NCBI GenBank assembly: GCA_051530055.1
Contig: JBMGUZ010000034.1
Span: 1 to 29,052 of the forward strand
Reading direction: 5' to 3'
From: Neoechinorhynchus agilis
Taxonomy: Eukaryota; Animalia; Acanthocephala
Length of the DNA: 29,052 bases
In this document: positions 21,701 to 29,052 of the stretch, in pieces
Position numbering within the stretch: position 1 is the stretch's first letter
Layout: each line of letters begins with the position of its first letter
Translations under genes and position numbers: made by a program
Notes under the pieces: generated by a model
The model's input: only the letters and a program-made list of their open reading frames with translations
What the model was told of the DNA's origin: nothing
The model's database searches: none

Positions 21701-24700
21701 AAACGTACGGACACATTCTCACCCGAACGAACCTCCTTCTACTGGATAGTCCCACCCGAACGAGCCTCCCTCGACTGAATAGTCCCACTCGAATAGACAT
21801 CCCTCCGACCAGACATTACCACCAGTACCGGCCTTCCAACCTGACCGGATATTCTCAAACGTACGGACACATTCTCACCCGAACGAACCTCCCTCGACTG
21901 AATAGTCCCACTCGAATAGACATCCCTCCGACCAGACATTACCACCAGTACCGGCCTTCCAACCTGACCGGATATTCTCAAACGTACGGACACATTCTCA
22001 CCCGAACGAACCTCCTTCTACTGGATAGTCCCACCCGAACGAGCCTCCCTCGACTGGATAGTCCCACTCGAATAGACATCCCTCCGACCAGACATTACCA
22101 CCAGTACCGGCCTTCCAACCTGACCGGATATTCTCAAACGGGGACACATTCTCACCCGAACGAGCCTCCCTCGACTGGATAGTCCCACTCGAATAGACAT
22201 CCCTCCGACCAGACATTACCACCAGTACCGGCCTTCCAACCTGACCGGATATTCTCAAACGTACGGACACATTCTCACCCGAACGAACCTCCTTCTACTG
22301 GATAGTCCCACTCGAATAGACATCCCTCCGACCAGACATTACCACCAGTACCGGCCTTCCAACCTGACCGGATATTCTCAAACGTACGGACACATTCTCA
22401 CCCGAACGAACCTCCCTCGACTGGATAGTCCCACTCGAATAGACATCCTCCACCAGACATTACCACCAGTACCGGCCTTCCAACCTGACCGGATATTCTC
22501 AAACGTACGGACACATTCTCACCCGAACGAACCTCCCTCGACTGAATAGTCCCACTCGAATAGACATCCCTCCGACCAGACATTACCACCAGTACCGGCC
22601 TTCCAACCTGACCGGATATTCTCAAACGTACGGACACATTCTCACCCCAACGAACCTCCCTCGACTGGATAGTCCCACCCGAACGAGCCTCCCTCGACTG
22701 AATAGTCCCACTCGAATAGACATCCCTCCGACCAGACATTACCACCAGTACCGGCCTTCCAACCTGACCGGATATTCTCAAACGTACGGACACATTCTCA
22801 CCCGAACGAACCTCCTTCTACTGGATAGTCCCACCCGAACGAGCCTCCTCGACTGAATAGTCCCACTCGAATAGACATCCCTCCGACCAGACATTACCAC
22901 CAGTACCGGCCTTCCAACCTGACCGGATATTCTCAAACGTACGGACACATTCTCACCCGAACGAACCTCCCTCGACTGAATAGTCCCACTCGAATAGACA
23001 TCCCTCCGACCAGACATTACCACCAGTACCGGCCTTCCAACCTGACCGGATATTCTCAAACGTACGGACACGTTCCCACCCGAACGAGCCTCCCTCGACT
23101 GAATAGTCCCACTCGAATAGACATCCCTCCGACCAGACATTACCACCAGTACCGGCCTTCCAACCTGACCGGATATTCTCAAACGTACGGACACATTCTC
23201 ACCCGAACGAACCTCCTTCTACTGGATAGTCCCACTCGAATAGACATCCCTCCGACCAGACATTACCACCAGTACCGGCCTTCCAACCTGACCGGATATT
23301 CTCAAACGTACGGACACATTCTCACCCGAACGAACCTCCTTCTACTGGATAGTCCCACTCGAATAGACATCCCTCCGACCAGACATTACCACCAGTACCG
23401 GCCTTCCAACCTGACCGGATATTCTCAAACGTACGGACACATTCTCACCCGAACGAACCTCCTTCTACTGGATAGTCCCACTCGAATAGACATCCCTCCG
23501 ACCAGACATTACCACCAGTACCGGCCTTCCAACCTGACCGGATATTCTCAAACGTACGGACACATTCTCACCCGAACGAACCTCCTTCTACTGGATAGTC
23601 CCACCCGAACGAGCCTCCCTCGACTGAATAGTCCCACTCGAATAGACATCCCTCCGACCAGACATTACCACCAGTACCGGCCTTCCAACCTGACCGGATA
23701 TTCTCAAACGTACGGACACATTCTCACCCGAACGAACCTCCTTCTACTGGATAGTCCCACCCGAACGAGCCTCCCTCGACTGAATAGTCCCACTCGAATA
23801 GACATCCCTCCGACCAGACATTACCACCAGTACCGGCCTTCCAACCTGACCGGATATTCTCAAACGTACGGACACATTCTCACCCGAACGAACCTCCTTC
23901 TACTGGATAGTCCCACCCGAACGAGCCTCCCTCGACTGGATAGTCCCACTCGAATAGACATCCCTCCGACCAGACATTACCACCAGTACCGGCCTTCCAA
24001 CCTGACCGGATATTCTCAAACGTACGGACACATTCTCACCCGAACGAACCTCCTTCTACTGATAGTCCCACTCGAATAGACATCCCTCCGACCAGACATT
24101 ACCACCAGTACCGGCCTTCCAACCTGACCGGATATTCTCAAACGTACGGACACATTCTCACCCGAACGAACCTCCCTCGACTGAATAGTCCCACTCGAAT
24201 AGACATCCCTCCGACCAGACATTACCACCAGTACCGGCCTTCCAACCTGACCGGATATTCTCAAACGTACGGACACATTCTCACCCGAACGAACCTCCCT
24301 CGACTGGATAGTCCCACTCGAATAGACATCCCTCCGACCAGACATTACCACCAGTACCGGCCTTCCAACCTGACCGGATATTCTCAAACGTACGGACACA
24401 TTCTCACCCGAACGAACCTCCTTCTACTGGATAGTCCCACTCGAATAGACATCCCTCCGACCATTACCACCAGTACCGGCCTTCCAACCTGACCGGATAT
24501 TCTCAAACGTACGGACACATTCTCACCCGAACGAACCTCCCTCGACTGAATAGTCCCACTCGAATAGACATCCCTCCGACCAGACATTACCACCAGTACC
24601 GGCCTTCCAACCTGACCGGATATTCTCAAACGTACGGACACATTCTCACCCGAACGAACCTCCCTCGACTGAATAGTCCCACTCGAATAGACATCCCTCC

Positions 24701-27700
24701 GACCAGACATTACCACCAGTACCGGCCTTCCAACCTGACCGGATATTCTCAAACGTACGGACACATTCTCACCCGAACGAACCTCCTCGACTGAATAGTC
24801 CCACTCGAATAGACATCCCTCCGACCAGACATTACCACCAGTACCGGCCTTCCAACCTGACCGGATATTCTCAAACGTACGGACACATTCTCACCCGAAC
24901 GAACCTCCCTCGACTGAATAGTCCCACTCGAATAGACATCCCTCCGACCAGACATTACCACCAGTACCGGCCTTCCAACCTGACCGGATATTCTCAAACG
25001 TACGGACACATTCTCACCCGAACGAACCTCCCTCGACTGAATAGTCCCACTCGAATAGACATCCCTCCGACCAGACATTACCACCAGTACCGGCCTTCCA
25101 ACCTGACCGGATATTCTCAAACGTACGGACACGTTCCCACCCCAACGAACCTCCCTCGACTGGATAGTCCCCCCGAACGAGCCTCCCTCGACTGAATAGT
25201 CCCACTCGAATAGACATCCCTCCGACCAGACATTACCACCAGTACCGGCCTTCCAACCTGACCGGATATTCTCAAACGTACGGACACGTTCTCACCCCAA
25301 CGAACCTCCCTCGACTGGATAGTCCCACCCGAACGAGCCTCCTCGACTGAATAGTCCCACTCGAATAGACATCCCACAGACCAGACATTACCACCAGTAC
25401 CGGCCTTCCAACCTGACCGGATATTCTCAAACGTACGGACACGTTCCCACCCCAACGAACCTCCCTCGACTGGATAGTCCCACCCGAACGAGCCTCCCTC
25501 GACTGAATAGTCCCACTCGAATAGACATCCCTCCGACCAGACATTACCACCAGTACCGGCCTTCCAACCTGACCGGATATTCTCAAACGTACGGACACAT
25601 TCTCACCCGAACGAACCTCCCTCGACTGAATAGTCCCACTCGAATAGACATCCCTCCGACCAGACATTACCACCAGTACCGGCCTTCCAACCTGACCGGA
25701 TATTCTCAAACGTACGGACACATTCTCACCCGAACGAACCTCCCTCGACTGAATAGTCCCACTCGAATAGACATCCCTCCGACCAGACATTACCACCAGT
25801 ACCGGCCTTCCAACCTGACCGGATATTCTCAAACGTACGGACACATTCTCACCCGAACGAACCTCCCTCGACTGAATAGTCCCACTCGAATAGACATCCC
25901 TCCGACCAGACATTACCACCAGTACCGGCCTTCCAACCTGACCGGATATTCTCAAACGTACGGACACGTTCCCACCCCAACGAACCTCCCTCGACTGGAT
26001 AGTCCCACCCGAACGAGCCTCCCTCGACTGAATAGTCCCACTCGAATAGACATCCCTCCGACCAGACATTACCACCAGTACCGGCCTTCCAACCTGACCG
26101 GATATTCTCAAACGTACGGACACATTCTCACCCGAACGAACCTCCTTCTACTGGATAGTCCCACCCGAACGAGCCTCCCTCGACTGAATAGTCCCACTCG
26201 AATAGACATCCCTCCGACCAGACATTACCACCAGTACCGGCCTTCCAACCTGACCGGATATTCTCAAACGTACGGACACATTCTCACCCGAACGAACCTC
26301 CCTCGACTGAATAGTCCCACTCGAATAGACATCCCTCCGACCAGACATTACCACCAGTACCGGCCTTCCAACCTGACCGGATATTCTCAAACGTACGGAC
26401 ACATTCTCACCCGAACGAACCTCCTTCTACTGGATAGTCCCACCCGAACGAGCCTCCCTCGACTGAATAGTCCCACTCGAATAGACATCCCTCCGACCAG
26501 ACATTACCACCAGTACCGGCCTTCCAACCTGACCGGATATTCTCAAACGTACGGACACGTTCCCACCCGAACGAACCTCCCTCGACTGGATAGTCCCACT
26601 CGAATAGACATCCCTCCGACCAGACATTACCACCAGTACCGGCCTTCCAACCTGACCGGATATTCTCAAACGTACGGACACGTTCCCACCCCAACGAACC
26701 TCCCTCGACTGGATAGTCCCACCCGAACGAGCCTCCCTCGACTGAATAGTCCCACTCGAATAGACATCCCTCCGACCAGACATTACCACCAGTACCGGCC
26801 TTCCAACCTGACCGGATATTCTCAAACGTACGGACACATTCTCACCCGAACGAACCTCCTTCTACTGGATAGTCCCACCCGAACGAGCCTCCCTCGACTG
26901 AATAGTCCCACTCGAATAGACATCCCTCCGACCAGACATTACCACCAGTACCGGCCTTCCAACCTGACCGGATATTCTCAAACGTACGGACACGTTCCCA
27001 CCCGAACGAACCTCCCTCGACTGGATAGTCCCACCCGAACGACTCTGATGATAGTCCACTCGAATAGACATCCCTCCGACCAGACATTACCACCAGTACC
27101 GGCCTTCCAACCTGACCGGATATTCTCAAACGTACGGACACATTCTCACCCGAACGAACCTCCTTCTACTGGATAGTCCCACCCGAACGAGCCTCCCTCG
27201 ACTGAATAGTCCCACTCGAATAGACATCCCTCCGACCAGACATTACCACCAGTACCGGCCTTCCAACCTGACCGGATATTCTCAAACGTACGGACACATT
27301 CTCACCCGAACGAACCTCCTTCTACTGGATAGTCCCACCCGAACGAGCCTCCCTCGACTGAATAGTCCCACTCGAATAGACATCCCTCCGACCAGACATT
27401 ACCACCAGTACCGGCCTTCCAACCTGACCGGATATTCTCAAACGTACGGACACATTCTCACCCGAACGAACCTCCCTCGACTGAATAGTCCCACTCGAAT
27501 AGACATCCCTCCGACCAGACATTACCACCAGTACCGGCCTTCCAACCTGACCGGATATTCTCAAACGTACGGACACATTCTCACCCGAACGAACCTCCTT
27601 CTACTGGATAGTCCCACCCGAACGAGCCTCCCTCGACTGGATAGTCCCACTCGAATAGACATCCCTCCGACCAGACATTACCACCAGTACCGGCCTTCCA

Positions 27701-29052
27701 ACCTGACCGGATATTCTCAAACGTACGGACACATTCTCACCCGAACGAACCTCCCTCTACTGGATAGTCCCACTCGAATAGACATCCCTCCGACCAGACA
27801 TTACCACCAGTACCGGCCTTCCAACCTGACCGGATATTCTCAAACGTACGGACACATTCTCACCCGAACGAACCTCCCTCTACTGGATAGTCCCACTCGA
27901 ATAGACATCCCTCCGACCAGATATTACCACCAGAACCGACCTTCCAACCCAACCGGATATTCTCAAACGAACGGACACATTCTCACCCGAACGAACCTCC
28001 CTCTACTGGATAGTCCCACTCGAATAGACATCCTCCGACCAGATATTACCACCAGAACAGACCTTCCAACCCAACGGATATTCTCAAACGAACGGACACA
28101 TTCTCACCCGAACAAACCTCCCTCGATGGATAGTCCCACTCGAATAGACATCCCTCCGACCAGATATTACCACCAGAACCGACCTTCCAACCCAACCGAA
28201 TATTCTCAAACGAACGGACACATTCTCACCCGAACGAACCTCCTCTACTGGATAGTCCCACTCAATAGACATCCCTCCGACCAGATATTACCACCAGAAC
28301 AGACCTTCCAACCCAACCGGATATTCTCAAACGAACGGACACATTCTCACCCGAACGAACCTCCTCTACTGGATAGTCCCACTCGAATAGACATCCCTCC
28401 GACCAGATATTACCACCAGAACAGACCTTCCAACCCAACCGGATATTCTCAAACGAACGGACACATTCTCACCCGAACGAACCTCCCTCGACTGGATAGT
28501 CCCACTCGAATAGACATCCCTCCGACCAGATATTACCACCAGTACCGGCCTTCCAACCCAACCGGATATTCTCAAACGAACGGACACATTCTCACCCGAA
28601 CGAACCTCCCTCGACTGGATAGTCCCACTCGAATAGACATCCCTCCGACCAGACATTACCACCAGTACCGGCCTTCCAACCTGACCGGATATTCTCAAAC
28701 GTACGGACACATTCTCACCCGAACGAACCTCCCTCGACTGGATAGTCCCACTCGAATAGACATCCCTCCGACCAGACATTACCACCAGTACCGGCCTTCC
28801 AACCTGACCGGATATTCTCAAACGTACGGACACATTCTCACCCGAACGAACCTCCCTCGACTGGATAGTCCCACTCGAATAGACATCCCTCCGACCAGAC
28901 ATTACCACCAGTACCGGCCTTCCAACCTGACCGGATATTCTCAAACGTACGGACACATTCTCACCCGAACGAACCTCCCTCGACTGGATAGTCCCACTCG
29001 AATAGACATCCCTCCGACCAGACATTACCACCAGTACCGGCCTTCCAACCTG
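18746..29052. repeat. Large tandem (satellite) array: 123-bp unit with optional 33-bp insert, roughly 75 units, continuing beyond the window
   Basis: Consensus unit: AATAGTCCCACTCGAATAGACATCCCTCCGACCAGACATTACCACCAGTACCGGCCTTCCAACCTGACCGGATATTCTCAAACGTACGGACACATTCTCACCCGAACGAACCTCCCTCGACTG. A period of 123 is seen at 20281 to 20404. The insert is GATAGTCCCACCCGAACGAGCCTCCCTCGACTG. The consensus has 47 C versus 18 G. Confidence 0.99.

Noticed and set aside
27040-27062. Aberrant unit (GACTCTGATGATAGTCCAC) and scattered single-C losses in the array
   Set aside because: These are most simply uncorrected long-read errors in a region that cannot be polished.
18730-29031. Dozens of minus-strand ORFs (MSVRLRISGQ...) as separate genes
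   Set aside because: They are translations of the same tandem unit, broken by recurrent TAG variants and 1-bp indels. There is no unique N- or C-terminal domain.
18746-29052. CRISPR-like repeat-spacer array
   Set aside because: There are no unique spacers, variation is limited to a few recurring alleles, no cas genes are present, and the context is eukaryotic.
18746-29052. Hammerhead-ribozyme satellite
   Set aside because: Neither strand of the unit has a CUGANGA...GAAA core with flanking stems.

Overview
This is AT-rich eukaryotic genomic DNA, probably from an invertebrate or another compact genome, with 41-57 nt GT-AG introns. From left to right it contains: (1) a spliced gene for a secreted low-complexity protein (998-2458, +) that needs two 1-nt corrections in homopolymers; (2) three decayed non-LTR retrotransposons of different clades, all on +: a CRE-like fossil missed by the ORF track (~2720-3415), an RTE element (~3420-6150) and an RTEX-like element (~7100-10411) with a structured 3' end and (ATACA)3 tail; (3) 2.2 copies of a 180-bp repeat; (4) a GH37 trehalase gene (-, 13628-15805) between two ~99%-identical 2.1-kb direct repeats; (5) a >10.3-kb C-rich tandem array of 123-bp units with optional 33-bp inserts running off the right edge. 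The most unusual feature is a ~415-bp inverted-repeat-bounded insertion that splits the trehalase WDFSS|RW catalytic motif and cannot be removed cleanly by GT-AG splicing. All calls are from manual reading and motif recall; no database searches were run.
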